Source of the DNA: Octopus vulgaris | Taxonomy: Eukaryota | Direction: 5' to 3' | Length of the DNA stretch: 64,000 nucleotides | Assembly (NCBI GenBank): GCA_951406725.2 | Contig: OX597815.1 | Span: 96,658,001-96,722,000 of the forward strand | Shown: positions 15,390-29,079 of the stretch, one piece after another | Position numbering within the stretch: position 1 is the stretch's first letter | How the letters are laid out: every line of letters starts with the position of its first letter | Program-made: the position numbers and the translations under genes | The notes under the pieces: generated by a model | Told to the model about the DNA's origin: nothing | Seen by the model: the letters and a program-made list of their open reading frames with translations, nothing else | Databases searched by the model: none

Positions 15390-15550
15390 GTTCATAGGCT
15401 GGCGCGTCGCTAGTTCACAGGCTGATGTGATGCTTGTTCATAGGCTGATGTGATGCTAGTTCATAGGCTGATGTGAGGCTTATTCATAGGATGATGTAAT
15501 GCTAGTCTATAGGCTGACGTGATGCTAGTTCATAGGCTGACTGTGCTAGT
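15390..15550 (+). repeat. 23 bp tandem repeat, about 7 copies (GTTCATAGGCTGATGTGATGCTA), in the mariner 5' end
   Basis: Units start at 15390, 15413, 15436, 15459, 15482, 15505 and 15528, with no spacers. Confidence 0.92.
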
Positions 15551-15676
15551 GCTATGAAACCATACATGCATTAATTTCCACCCTCGTATGAATAACTGTA
15601 TTGTTTCTTTCCTGATAACCTTACATCTGACTGTTCAAAGAAGTCTGTAGATAATTATTATTGACTCCTCTTAAAA

Positions 15677-16664
15677 ATGGACAAATGGCATCGAGGTGTT
15701 TTCAAGGACCTGTAGATAACGAGTTTAAACCCCAACGACGTTCGTGTTGCTATGGTTGTTAAAATAAGAGATAATGCTTCAGTTTTATAAACAGTATAAA
15801 AGTGAGCAACTGAATTTAAGAAGGAAAGGGAGAATCTTGAAGTTGAAGCAAAATCTGGGCGCCCTGCCAGAGCCACCATCAAGGAAACTATTAATCGCTT
15901 TCACCACATGATGATGGATGATAGGCAATTGTCTAAAATTCAAATAGCCAATGCTATTAGCATATTCCATGAATTTGGCATGAAAAAAGCTTCTACTCGG
16001 TGGGTGCCACGCCTGCTGACTTTTGATCGGAAGTGCACCAGTCTAATCCCATCACGGGAAAATCTGACGTTGCTTGAATCATATCCACCTGGTTTCCTTG
16101 AATGATTTCTAACCCAGGATGTGTGCTGGTTTCATCACTTTGAGCAAGTGACCGAGGGACAATGCATGGAGTAGAAACATCCATCCTCACTTGCTCCAAA
16201 GAATGTCTAGGTCGTTTGAACCGCAGGAAAGGTAACAGCCTCGGGGTTTGGGATGTACAAGGCATTGTGCCTAATGATTATCATGAAAAGGATCACACCG
16301 CTAATCGAAAGAGCTATAACAACATGCCAAGGCAGTTAGGAAAGACCACAAACACTGACAAAAGGTGTCTTGTTTCATGAGGATGATACTTCAGTACAGA
16401 AGTCCTTTTTTTCAATGGCTGGTGTGTGTAGATTCAAACAGGCTGATTACGCTCACTATTCTCCTGATTATTTGACTATCCTCTGTTTCCCACCATGAAA
16501 ATCACTTGGGAAGGAACCAATATCGCAGTGATGATGATGTCATTGCAGCTGTGGATGGCTGTTTTAAGTAACTGGAGGGAAGCTTCTTCCCCAATGGGAA
16601 CCAAGCATTGTATCACCAATGGAAGAAGTGCGTGGACCGCAAAGGTGACTATGTTGAAAAATAG
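15677..16664 (+). pseudogene. Mariner transposase pseudogene
   Basis: Motifs SGRP, RWVPRLLT (WVPHEL), TQDVCWFHHFE (DETW), LFHEDD (HQDNA), HYSPD (YSPDL) and C-terminal WKKCVDRKGDYVEK*. Many stops and frameshifts. Confidence 0.9.
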
Positions 16665-18820
16665 ACTTCATAAACCGTTTGACACATTGCGGAATAGATG
16701 AAAAGAGAATTTCATCTTTTATGCAAAATCTTCCTGCGTATAGACATACCGGAATTTATGTTGTTGTTAACCAATCTATATTCGCATATCTTTCATATTC
16801 ACATACACCTTTTAACATTTCCATCTTAATTTCTTCTCTGATTATGAATATCTGAAATTTTAGTCATTTTCTTCTATTTAAAATAATAATGGAATTTTTA
16901 CTCCAGAATCATTTGATACGAAGATGTTCATAAATTCACCATCTCTTAAGGGTTACCACGACATCAGAAATATTTTCGATAAATTTTAATAAATTTTCTT
17001 AACGAATTATCAACATCTGTAATTATTATCCCTTAGCATTTTTAAACATCTGCAAATGCTAATGCATGAAAGAATTATGCATGTCTTAGGATCATATCTT
17101 TGAAATAATTAAATAAATCGAAGTAAAGCCTCTTGTAAATTTGTCAATTATTTGCGATGATATCGATAGCCTTTCACCGAAGAATATTCCCAAAAGAAAA
17201 TTTTCTAATCCTGCTTTCATTAAAGAAAAAAAAATTCAATAATATAAAAAAAGTTATTCGTGAATAATTATTAATAAGGAAAAAATCCATTATTTCAGTT
17301 CATTAAATGTCGCATAATTTTCACTGCAACATTCACATTATGAGAGTTCTCAAATTTGTACGAATTGAAAACTATAATTCAATTAACAAACATTTGCACT
17401 GATACGTGAAGGAAAACTCTATTCCTATATGACAACACAAAAAGTACAATATATGTTATATTATTAAGACAGCATATTTTGCTCTGTTAAAGTTTTAAAT
17501 AAATATTCGCGAGATATATCTAACATCAATTATGTACAATAATCAATACCAGCATAATGGATTCTTTTACAAATCGCAAATTTTACATGGTATTTATAAG
17601 CACTAACCTTTGTGTGGAAAATTACACACACCTAAACATCAACACGCATACAGGCACACACACTCATACACATACATACATTCGTGCATATATACACAAA
17701 CAGACGTACATAATTTTTTCGATCCTATTATATATTATATACATTGATTTCTGTCACTAAGTGTAATCTCACGAGCACAACCACACACACACACATACAC
17801 ACACATATATAGGCATGCACACATACATACACAAGAGAGCAAGCACGTACACGCACCCTATCCCACACACTCATATATATAAATATACGTAATGTAACAC
17901 ATATGCACATGTATGTATGTAGAACATTGGATTCCTTAGTGCTGTTAGCTTAACTTTCATTCAATAAAAGATGAAGAATGTTGAAGGAACTGTATTCTAC
18001 ATTTTTGCACCTGTAAAACCTAATGCTAAGAAGCGAGAGTGGAACCGACGCTTGTAATGCATTCTATGTTTCATGCATTATTTGAACAAAACAAATAGTT
18101 ACGACATATTCTAATTTTTTTAAATAGAATTATACTGGTTGAAATTGCTTCTCTTTTGAGTTAGCGAGCATATGTACGTATGGGGAAATGTAAGCGGTCG
18201 TGTGGAACACGTACGTATGTAAGATTGCTGGTATGGCTGAGTAGTTTTATTGAGATGTCTGACTTATTTTCTGCTGCAGGATAGTGGAATTCTAAGTGTG
18301 TCTACGAAATAGTCTTTCAATTTTGTTATGCATGTTGTTAGTAAATTGTCTCACTATGAAAGTCTAAATTTTTAGTCCATATCTTTTCGTTCTTTTATAA
18401 ACATATCCTTCAAGAGAGAGTATAGTCCTTTTTCCTATCTCTCAAGTCATTCATTCACCGGATTAATTAGGGCAAATGTAACAAGAACTTTTATGTAAAT
18501 CGCTGCAGAATAATGAATTCAAAAACCTTCGTTCTAAAAGCACAATTATCATATTTTTTCTCAATTGTTTTTACAACTTCCACAAATATGCATCGAAGAA
18601 AATTACATACATATATTCTTATATATGAACCATGTGCATAACAATGAAATGGAAGTTCAAAATAACTCTTTAGGAAGCATACGTCTAACCATCCAACAAC
18701 GCTTGATTCCTAATGATTGGATAATGTATTTTAATTTATTATCTTTTACATTATTCAAATTTCAACCGGCTTTTAAATTTCTGAGCGTAGCACATTTAAA
18801 AAAAACTAAAATTATGAATA

Positions 18821-18991
18821 GGCATAGTAGTGACTGTGTCGTAAGTAGCTTACATACGAATTATATGGTTCCGGGTTCAGTCCCACTGCGTGGCACCTTG
18901 GGCAAGTGTCTTCTACTATAGCCTCGGGCTGACCAAAGCCTTGTGAGTGGATTTGGTAGACGGAAACTGAAAGAAGCCCGTCGTATATATG

Positions 18992-19050
<59 letters not shown>

Positions 19051-19277
19051 ATAAGTTTGTGCGTCCGTGTTTGTCCTCCCACAACATCATTTGACAACCG
19101 ATGCTGGTCTGTTTACGTCCCCGTAAATTAGCGGTTCGGCAAAAGAGACCATTAGAATAGGTACTAGGCTTACAAAGAATAAGTCCTGGGGGCGACTTGC
19201 TCGAGAACAGGCGGTGCTCCTGTATGGCCACAGTCAAATGACTGAAACAAATAAAAGAGTAAAACAGTAAAAGAGTA
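18821..19277 (+). mobile_element. SINE family A, full length (tRNA-like head, internal TA/TG microsatellite, GTAAAAGA tail)
   Basis: B-box-like GGTTCAGTCC, then CACCTTGGGCAAGTGTCTTCTACTATAG. Repeated at 40771, 31353 and 51075. Confidence 0.88.
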
Positions 19278-19359
19278 ATTTCTTCACCGATACTGGCATT
19301 TCGCGCAAACAGTAATTCCCAGCTACAACTCATTAACACAGACGCGTGCAGACAGAGAG

Positions 19360-19401
<42 letters not shown>

Positions 19402-20218
19402 ACACACACATGCGCTTACACATTTATGGAGTAGTGAGTTCTCAGTCAGTGTCATTAATGCTTCATGGTTTATTTATTCTCTCAACAGTGCTATATATTC
19501 AACAAGTTAGCTATTGAATAATCACGTGCATTGGTAACTTTATCTTTCGATAATAGAAATTGTTTTTGACAGATCATAATTTACGTCGGTGCACACTATT
19601 AGGACATTTGGCAAATATTTTCGAATCATTTCTATCATCTTTGTCACAAGGCGTTCCATTACCAAGGTGCTTACGCAGTTAAAAATCAATAGAGAATGCT
19701 ATTGTATTTCATATGATCCATCCAAGCCTTCCATTTGGCACAGTTACAGAAAGATTTCATTGATAACCCAAGTAGGATAATGTACTAAAAATAGATGTGT
19801 TTCTTCAACTCCATCCTTTGCTTATCGTCTCTGGATCGGCAGTTCACAATAGCCATTGTAAATAGCAGTGAACTGAATGGAAGAAATAAGATTAGTCTCA
19901 TTTATTCAAATGCATCAGTTGTTAGCTTCTGAAGCGAAAGTGATTTCAATCAATGGCACATCACATCCTCCTCACAAACAGAACAGCCTACACACATACA
20001 CGCTTGCAAATATATGTGCGTGTGTGTGTGTGTGTGTATGTGTATACGTGCGTGTGTCTGTGCGTGCGTTTGTGCGTGTAGAGTGTAGATAGATACATAC
20101 ATATATGCACACATAATAAACAGTCAAATATACACATGTACCTGTAGCATGTTTGCTATAGAATATTGCTTCGTAACCATTTGGTTTCAAGATATGCTAC
20201 ACTTCCAGGAACCGAGGG

Positions 20219-20256
<38 letters not shown>

Positions 20257-20676
20257 TCACTAAGGCAACAGAAGGCACTAACTGTTGGTAACACTATTGT
20301 TAGAAATGGCAGTCAAAACAACTGAAATGCCGCAAAGCACTAACTTAATGACTGACAAGCAGAGATAAGATCCCAGTGGATATAGCCAAATTGACGAGTT
20401 TGGATTTTTGATGCAGAGCATCTTAATTTTCATTGTTGATTCTTACCGCGCTTAGGGTTAAACTCCACGCCCTCTGACAGTCTTATAATAAATCCGTTGA
20501 AGCATATGCGCTGGTTCCAAAGTGGTTTATGTGTAAACAAATAAGATGGGTGGCTTATTAACAATTTAACAACCTAAAGGCGAATTAAAAGGGGTCACTA
20601 AGGTGACAGAAGGTACTACTTACTACCAGTATTGCTAAAATAAGAGTCAGAACAACTCACAAGCCACATAGCACAA
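20257..20676. repeat. Diverged ~85 bp direct repeat (20257-20345, 20595-20676) between microsatellites
   Basis: TCACTAAGG..ACAGAAGG.ACTA...TATTG.TA.AA...AGTCA.AACAACT occurs twice. Confidence 0.6.
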
Positions 20677-20745
20677 TCATAATCACTATATATATAAATA
20701 TATACATATGTGTGTATGTGTTTGTGTGTGTATGTATATATAGAA

Positions 20746-20811
<66 letters not shown>

Positions 20812-20977
20812 GATTAAGGGCATAAAGGCAAAACAAGGTAGAGAAAATAGTATTAGAATACCGATTGTAGTGCAATATGCTTTTATTAAAACTACACTTC
20901 GTCGACGAATGGAAACATTGTACTGTGTGTAAAGTTTTGTGAAGATTTTAGCAGATTTAAGAGAAATATATATATAA

Positions 20978-21043
<66 letters not shown>

Positions 21044-22314
21044 ATGTACGTATATGCATGTGTGTGCGTGCGCATACGTGTGTGTGTATGCGTATTGTGT
21101 ATGCACCTGTTCAATTGCGTTTTCATGTGTGTTTGTTTGCGTTTTTGATATGTGTCTCTGTGTTTATGTCTTCACATGGACTCTGTCTCAATAACATGGT
21201 TTCCGTCAATAAACTGTAACTTGGTGGTTCTATAAATACAGAACTGTGTAATATGCAGCAGTGTTTCCAGAAGATATTGAAGTCGATATAGCTGGCTAAA
21301 CCCCTTGAAGCTTCTCTCCCAGTGCAATGACTGAAATAATTCTAATTATTGCCTCAAACATAGCCCATTTTCGGAGTTAAGTAGATGGAATTATCAGCGT
21401 CTGTATTCCAACTCAATTGTTAGACTGATCTCAAAAAATTGTGAACTTAGACCCTAAAGAGACAGTGGATATTACAGAAAAAAATTGTTTTGAAAATAAA
21501 CTTATGCATAATTATACACGAGTTACATATCTTTCTTTATGCTTGTGTTTCTACCTGTTTGTATGTCTGTAGAGTCCGCCGTCGTTTATTAGAGAGGTTA
21601 TACATGGCGCTGAATATACCAAAATGCACTGCATTAAATAGAAGAATTATTCAGAAAAATCAATGCATTAACATTATCATTAAACATTCGGTTTAAAATT
21701 AGTTACAGAAATTTTCGCCAATTCTTAATATATCACTCGTATCATGTAGCATAGATCCACGGCTCTGATTATTAATGTATTGGAATCTTTTTAGCTTAGT
21801 GGTCCGCCATGATATTACAGAATGTGGCAATTACGCTGGGTGGTTTATCAGTGTTCGCTACCGAAATTACTTGTCTGCGCAGAAAATATACTTCAAACAT
21901 TGGATATGGAAATGATAGTGATAGCTTTAACCAAAATTATCGTTCACTAATTTATCTTACCTATTATGCAAATTTGAAAATGCATGAGACCAACTTTAGA
22001 AGGAGAACAATATAAATTACTAGATATTTTGTCTTTCTGTACAGATGATTGAAAATAAAATGAATGTATTTGATCTCCGAATGTATTCATGTGATGAATT
22101 GTATCGATGACGTCATATGTGAAACACTCGAGTAAATAATGTATTACTATTTTAGCCCAAGGATATCATGATAAATGAGTTCCAATGTGAAATCAAACCA
22201 AATATGATGAGCAAGTCTTGCTTACCATTGTGAAATGTGTTATCGAGATGTGGTTTGAGGTGTGACTGATTTATGTTGCTGCTAGAAACTTCTCTGACTC
22301 GAGCAAATGATATG

Positions 22315-22489
<175 letters not shown>

Positions 22490-22901
22490 ACATACAGAGA
22501 AACTTCAGTATAGATCATATTATATATCTATACGAACCTCCGAGGGTTTTCTTTTATACAAATTACGTAATTATACATTACGTAATTATATTATAACTAT
22601 CAATTTACACGATGAATTACAACTTATCAGATGTTACTACTGCAAATTTGAAAATTAAATTGAATGGTTAAATTATAGGATTGTTTTCTATTAATGTTTC
22701 TCGGTTTCACTTGATTGTTTATTTGGTAACTACGCCGAGCCATTTCAGAAGAATGGATATGTATAAAAATGTGTTATACGCCTACACCATCAATGAAGCA
22801 TACTGTTACACGGTCGAGAAATGCCCACAAACGAGGTAAAAACGTGTAGGATGATATACATATATTCACTGCTACATGTTCGTATATGTATATATATAAA
22901 C

Positions 22902-22996
22902 AATTGCAGCGCGGAAGGTGTTTATAAGCCATTTAAGAGACACACAAAAACAGCGTGTTTCTTAAATGGCTTATAAACACCCTCCACTCTGCAATT
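22902..22996. repeat. 42 bp inverted repeat with an 11 nt loop
   Basis: 22902-22943 versus 22955-22996; 38 of 42 positions are complementary. Confidence 0.92.
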
Positions 22997-23054
22997 ATTT
23001 TAGTTACAGCACAAGATCTCAGATCAGGTTACTTGCTATGCAAGTACATCTTCG

Positions 23055-23103
<49 letters not shown>

Positions 23104-23108
<5 letters not shown>

Positions 23109-23450
23109 CATGTTATTTTTGTGCCTTATAATTTAACACACTCACCGGTAAAATTTCCACTTATTTCTTATTTTTATTTTACTAAAATTTTCGTTGCGTC
23201 TTGCAACCTATTCAATAGTCTTGACTCTCACACATCGTGTTATGCTGACTCTTACCCCGTCTTCCGCTGTCTAAAAGTGAAGATAGCTACCCGACAGCTC
23301 CACTTCTAAATTTATATAAGAGTCAAGACTATTGAAAATGTTGCAAAACGCATCGAAATTTTTAGGAAAATAAAAATAAGAAATAAATGGAAATTTTACA
23401 GGTGAGTGTGTTAAATTATAAGGCACAAAGAAAAAAAAAGAATTGACTCT
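23104..23450. repeat. ~110 bp inverted repeat with a 90 bp spacer, between (TA)n arrays (probable PLE inverted-pLTR relic)
   Basis: 23118-23228 versus 23319-23429. The ORF track shows the same peptide PYNLTHSPVKFP on both strands. Confidence 0.88.
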
Positions 23451-23836
23451 CTCCAGACACAACAGAATAGGCTTCAACACACGAACTCATATAATGTATC
23501 TTGCAAATTAAATCCCAAAACGAAATATATATATATATATATATATATTTCCGTTCAGGATTCGAGGTAGTGTAGGAAGTTGGTAAGCCCCAAGCAGTAA
23601 GTGACACGTACAGATATTAAAACAGGTAGTTCAAAATAACATGGAATAACTGTTATTTGACATCGGGAGTTACTCACTTTTCTCCCATATCAATTAATAT
23701 GATAGCTTCTATACCGTACACAGTACCTGGAGCTGCTACAAATGCGACTAAAAATCAAAATTGAGCGAGCAGAACAGGCAAAATGCTCGCTACATATGTT
23801 TGTTAACTACTTGAAGTTCTTGGTGTAATGACTATG

Positions 23837-23868
<32 letters not shown>

Positions 23869-24710
23869 CACTAGTCCCCCGGTATTCGTGGATGTTACGT
23901 TCCTAGAGAACCCGCGAATAGTGAAAAACCGCGAATAGTGGACACGGTCCCCAAAATGTCTATAAATGTCAAAATATAACGTAAAATATTATATATATAC
24001 ACACACACATATATATAATATTTAAGAATAATTTTATAAAAAATAAAGTAAAAGAAAGTAAAATGTACGGATTAAGGAATGATATTGATTTAAGAGGATG
24101 ATGATGATGAGAATAATGAAAATTGATGACTGCACAACAAAGAAGGTCTAAAGCTCACATGTGTCACCTTTTCCTCCTTAAAATGTTGGACAGACGTTCA
24201 ATTGCCAAGCCCACCTCATCCTCCCCTTCTTCTGGCTCTAAAGCTTCTACCTCATCTTCGCTAGCAGACTTCGTTAACTCCAATAAATATTCGTCTGTCA
24301 GGGTTTTAGAGTGGGCATCGTTGATCTCACCTTGTTCTTTAGACCTTTGCCAATTTCACAGCATTGTTGACAGCCCCGTACTGAATATCTCCAGGTGAGA
24401 AGCCCTCGTAATCCTGGACACACTCTGCCCACACCTTCTTCTGGCATGCGATGAGTGACCACCAGCATTATCCATAACAAGCACCACCTTGATTTCATGC
24501 AAAAATTTTGGAGGTATTCCTTGGCTTGAGTGATGAATCATTGGTGGAAACAATTCCAAGTCACACATTTGGCAGTCTATGCCATGGGGTTGTACACCCA
24601 GTGGACAGGCAACAAGTTTTTATTCTTATTTTTGAAAGACCTCGAGTTTACGGACTTGTTGATAAGTCCTGGTTTCATCATTGAAACCAGTAGCATTGCT
24701 ACACTTAATT
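23869..24710 (-). mobile_element. Decayed pogo/Tigger-like DNA transposon (one TIR plus DDE_1 remnants)
   Basis: TA followed by the Tigger-type end CACTAGTCCCCCGGTATTCGTGGATGTTACGTTCC. The minus strand gives MKPGLINKS..NKNKNLLPVHW.., KVVLVMDNAGGH and an acidic C-terminal tract (LTDEYLLELTKSASEDE). Confidence 0.82.
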
Positions 24711-26917
24711 ACCATTACTCTATCCTTGTGTATCTTAAACCGTAAAAGTTCATACATCTTAAACCGTAAAAGTTTTTCCTCAGTTTTTTACAATTTTTCC
24801 TTTGTGCGTGCGTGTGTATCTGTGCGTGCAGAGAAGACTTGTTTTTATTTTCTTCAGCAAGTATAACTTCCGATATCCCTTCGTCACTGTGAAATCTTTA
24901 AGATTGTAAAGGATTTACAAATAGAGAGTAATCTACATAGCTATATATATCTGCTAGTTATAACTTAGTACACCTTCACAGAGTATAGAATTCACATACT
25001 CAGTTTTGTTTAATAAGTCATGATACAAGTATTCAAATGTTCTCTATGGTCAAAATTTCTATCGTTACTTTATCATATAGTTGGAGAGCAAAACCAAATA
25101 TTGATCAACGTCTAAATGTTGTCACCTCGGTTAACATGCTGGTTCATATATGATCACCTTCAGTATGATAGCATTTGACAATGATATTTAAATTACTCGA
25201 AAGGAAATGCTCCTTTCTTTTTTTAATATTTGATCGTTTCTCCATTATACTTAAAAGAAAAATTAAAATGTTTACACGTCGACACTTTTTAAAATTTCCT
25301 TACACTTAACAATTTTGCATCATTGATTTCATATAATTTGTTACATCCATGTCTTTTGGTTTTATGTATATACCGATGATACAATCTTTGCTTGGTGGCT
25401 TTCAAGTAATGGATACATTTTGATTGTGTTTCAAAGTGTATGTTCTTTAAAAAATAATAGCATTTATAACTTGCCTCCTATTTTGGGTGAAAAAATTCAT
25501 TCAATACACAAAATTCTTTGTATCGAAATTTCCGTTTTTATAAAAAAAAGTATATATACTTCTCGTTTCTTTTATAAAATTGTTTTATTTTGCAGCCTTT
25601 TTTATTATGCACATAACTTGCGTTCAAATATTTCAACATTTGTTTGATATTTTTCTCTTTATACTTCTATTTCTTCTATTTTCGCTTCTTTTAATCAAGA
25701 CAGCAAATACATTCTCCTTCCTTTAACACGTCGCCATTGTTTCAATTTTATTTTCACTTTATTTTATTTCACTTCTAAGTTTTTATGAAATTTACTCAGG
25801 AAATCAACATGTTCTAGACGGATTTATTTATATTTGTTACATTTAAAGCACTTTCTAAGAAAATATGGTTCTGTTTTACAAACGCCTAAATTCTCAGATC
25901 TTTTCCAATTATATTTGTAGCTTCTATTTGGTATACTTTGATGTAGAATATAATTAAAACATATCAGTATGAGCTTTCGAGTCACACATGCAGGTCAGAC
26001 GTTGTAGTATAGAATTGAAAGAAGTAGTCAAATTTAAATAGATTCAATTGCCATTGAAATACAGAATTTCAGGGTGTTTATCTTACTTTTTAAAGATAAT
26101 CGACAATTATTAACATTCAAATATTCCCACAAAACATAAGCTTATATGATATATGCATTTCATGAAATTAAGATATTTCTCTGTTAAGTTATTGACATTA
26201 TACACCTAAGGAGTTTGGGGAAAAGATCAATTCGTCTTGGAAACCATGAACCACCCTGTGAGATTATTACGTAATGTCTTAATAATACATCCCATGGATT
26301 ATATTTATTTGGTGCCTAATACAGTATACCATTCACGTTCACCCTCACAGCAGTAAAGTAGCAAAATACTAACTTCCATTTGAAACTTCTGAACATAATT
26401 TGAGATGGCCGACCAGCTCATGTGTTAAATGATGAGTTCAGGTATGTATATTTTCAGTGCAAACTAATGTAGAGCTAGTTTATTTCTTAAAGTAAACACT
26501 ATTCTAAAAAAGAAAAAGAAACCCTTTACTTAAATTTAGCTTCAGATGCTTCATGAAGATATAAAGTTCGTTATCATTGATACACCAATTCTTTCCCTTG
26601 CCTAAATTTTGTTTTTGTTTTTATACAATGAAATGCGATTATATATAATTATAATCAATATAAATTTTACGCCCACAAATTTAATATGCATGCTCTATGT
26701 TACGACCAATGAAGTTAATTAGCAAAAAATATTGAATGCCTCACAAATGTTGAATAATATATGCTTTTCACCAATACTGTTTGTTAATGAACGCCTGCTT
26801 AATTATATCATATTCCGACGCCCTTATATATAAGTTAAATATTCTGTTGACTCACAGACACATACAAACAGACTTATAAACATCTCAAATACGTACATAT
26901 ACATATATAATCGTGAC

Positions 26918-26980
<63 letters not shown>

Positions 26981-27040
26981 TTATGTATATAGAGAGAGAT
27001 ACATACATACATGCATATATTCATATTTATGTATGTATGC

Positions 27041-27083
<43 letters not shown>

Positions 27084-27084
<1 letters not shown>

Positions 27085-27853
27085 ACATATGAAATAAACT
27101 GTGCTAAATTACGTATGTGGAAATTGTGAAATGCATCAATAAATGAAAGATCACGTGTCATGCCATGCATCTGTCTTGCCTTGGTGAATTTCACGCTATC
27201 ATTCTTTTTTATATGCGTTGGAATCTAATGAAGCTTCAGAGCTTGCAAGCATATAATCATATTAATGTTGGCGAAGTGATTCCATATCATATTTCAAAAT
27301 CTGCGCGTTGTCATATAGAACCATATTCACTTTCTCAACAAAATATACCCTTTTCATTTGTCTCTGCAGAAGTTTACTTCTTTAAACTATAAATCTAGCA
27401 TTTTATCCCATCCACTGAAGAGCATACAGTGAAGTCGTCTAAATAGTATATTTGCTATTAAAGAAAGTGCTCTACATTTGTATCTTTCTCTAAATCACAG
27501 GACATTTTATTAACAACTGAGAACAGCTATATAACACTTTTCAAGAATACTTCAAACGAATGCATATCTGATTAAATCGTAATTACATTTTGACACGAAT
27601 AAAACTTATCATTTGCTTTTGGGCTACTTACACGTGGGTAACACGGTTAAATGACGCATAGTGTATTGTTTTGCTTGTTTTCTTATAGCAACGTTTTTGC
27701 ATTATCATGTCATTTAAAAACCATATTAGAGAGTCAAAGATTTTTGTATTGAATGACAGCTTTCATTATATATTGCTCTTAACAATATATGTGTATATAT
27801 ACATATGAAATAAACTGTGCTAAATTACATATGTGGAAATTGTGAAATGCATC
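27084..27853. repeat. 54 bp direct repeat (27084-27137, 27800-27853)
   Basis: TACATATGAAATAAACTGTGCTAAATTAC(G/A)TATGTGGAAATTGTGAAATGCATC, with 1 mismatch between copies. Confidence 0.92.
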
Positions 27854-28209
27854 TCGATGGAATATTCAAATTTCGAGGATGTGTATTAGTCTTAGAAATA
27901 AATTGAATATATAATATTCTCCACTAGTTCTTGAAACTAAATAATTTTACATTACTCATTTTTATAACCATGAATAATAATATCATTATATGAATTTCGT
28001 CAAAATGATATGTATATGTACTTTACACAGAATGCTCGGGTTATATTTAAGGACATTTATGTATCTTTGTTTCAAGAACAGCTTAATGCATTGGTTATTA
28101 GTCAACTGCGTTGGAGAGTATAAAACGTGAAGTTGTGCTTTAGAAAAGTTAGCTGATATGTAGGGTAGAAAGGTATCTAAATGTTGGGTTAAAGGTATCA
28201 GTATCATAA

Positions 28210-28930
28210 TGATTGGCGCCGGCATTCAACGTTTCGATATCGTGAATGCTGCTCAGTGGTTTATCAACACTTTAAAGGTCGTATGATGGTAGCTGCAACA
28301 GAGACTACGAAAACATAACCATCAGGAAGGGATACAAATGGCGTTTTGTCTCTGTCTGCACGCCGGAACTCGACCAACAAGTGATGAAATGGGTCTTAGG
28401 TTCCAAGTCAGACAACTATGTGAATCCGTTTGGGATTATAGACAATCTCTGGCTGGTGAGGATTGTTATTGGAAAGCCATATGTGCGGTAGCAATATTCT
28501 GCTCCTGGACATTCTTCCAGAAACTGTCAGATATGATTGTCGGAAAATGTCTTGAACTCAAATATCTCAAAAATAGCTCCAACGTGTGACCTCCTATTTC
28601 CCCTAATTGTAATCCCATGGAGTATTGTTTGGAGGGCACATTTGAGAAAGGCATCAATCACTCTGTCTGCAACAACAAGGCCGATCTGGTGGCCGATGTC
28701 ACGGAGGTGGTCGATATACCCAGGGAGAAAATGTAGAACGCATGCGTCAGGTTCCGAAGACGTTTCGTGGCTTTTGTGGAAGGAGAGGCCGTATAGTTTG
28801 AGTCAACTGTTATTTCTCAGCTATAATTTAGTTGATATTTTTCATTTCTTAGATACATTTAACTTTGGATGAGATATAGTGTTTTCTCTTCCATTTATGC
28901 AAACTATCAAATTTTGCCCGAACACACTGT
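28210..28930 (+). mobile_element. Decayed Tc1/mariner-superfamily transposon, maT/DD37D-like (3' half and 3' TIR)
   Basis: GKPYVR*QYSAP (QQDSAP), *PPISPNCNPMEY (WPPNSPDCNPMDY) and NACVRFRRRF. The end TTTTGCCCGAACACACTGTA is followed by TA. Confidence 0.78.
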
Positions 28931-28941
28931 ATATATGTGTG

Positions 28942-29052
<111 letters not shown>

Positions 29053-29079
29053 GAGAGAGAGTAAGAGAGAAATTAAGCG

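Larger units (their letters stand above)
15357..16670 (+). mobile_element. Decayed mariner (DD34D) DNA transposon
   Basis: TIR-like GGTCTGAAAAGTTCATAGGCTG at the 5' end, followed by transposase remnants. The 3' TIR is not recognisable. Confidence 0.88.

Noticed and set aside
15390-15550. CRISPR-like regular repeat
   Set aside because: Head-to-tail 23-mers with no unique spacers, no cas genes, and a eukaryotic transposon context.
24900-25900. Possible ancient PLE RT remnant on the minus strand (IVSSV-, LDV-like words)
   Set aside because: The motifs are too degraded to support by eye; it needs TBLASTN or an HMM search.
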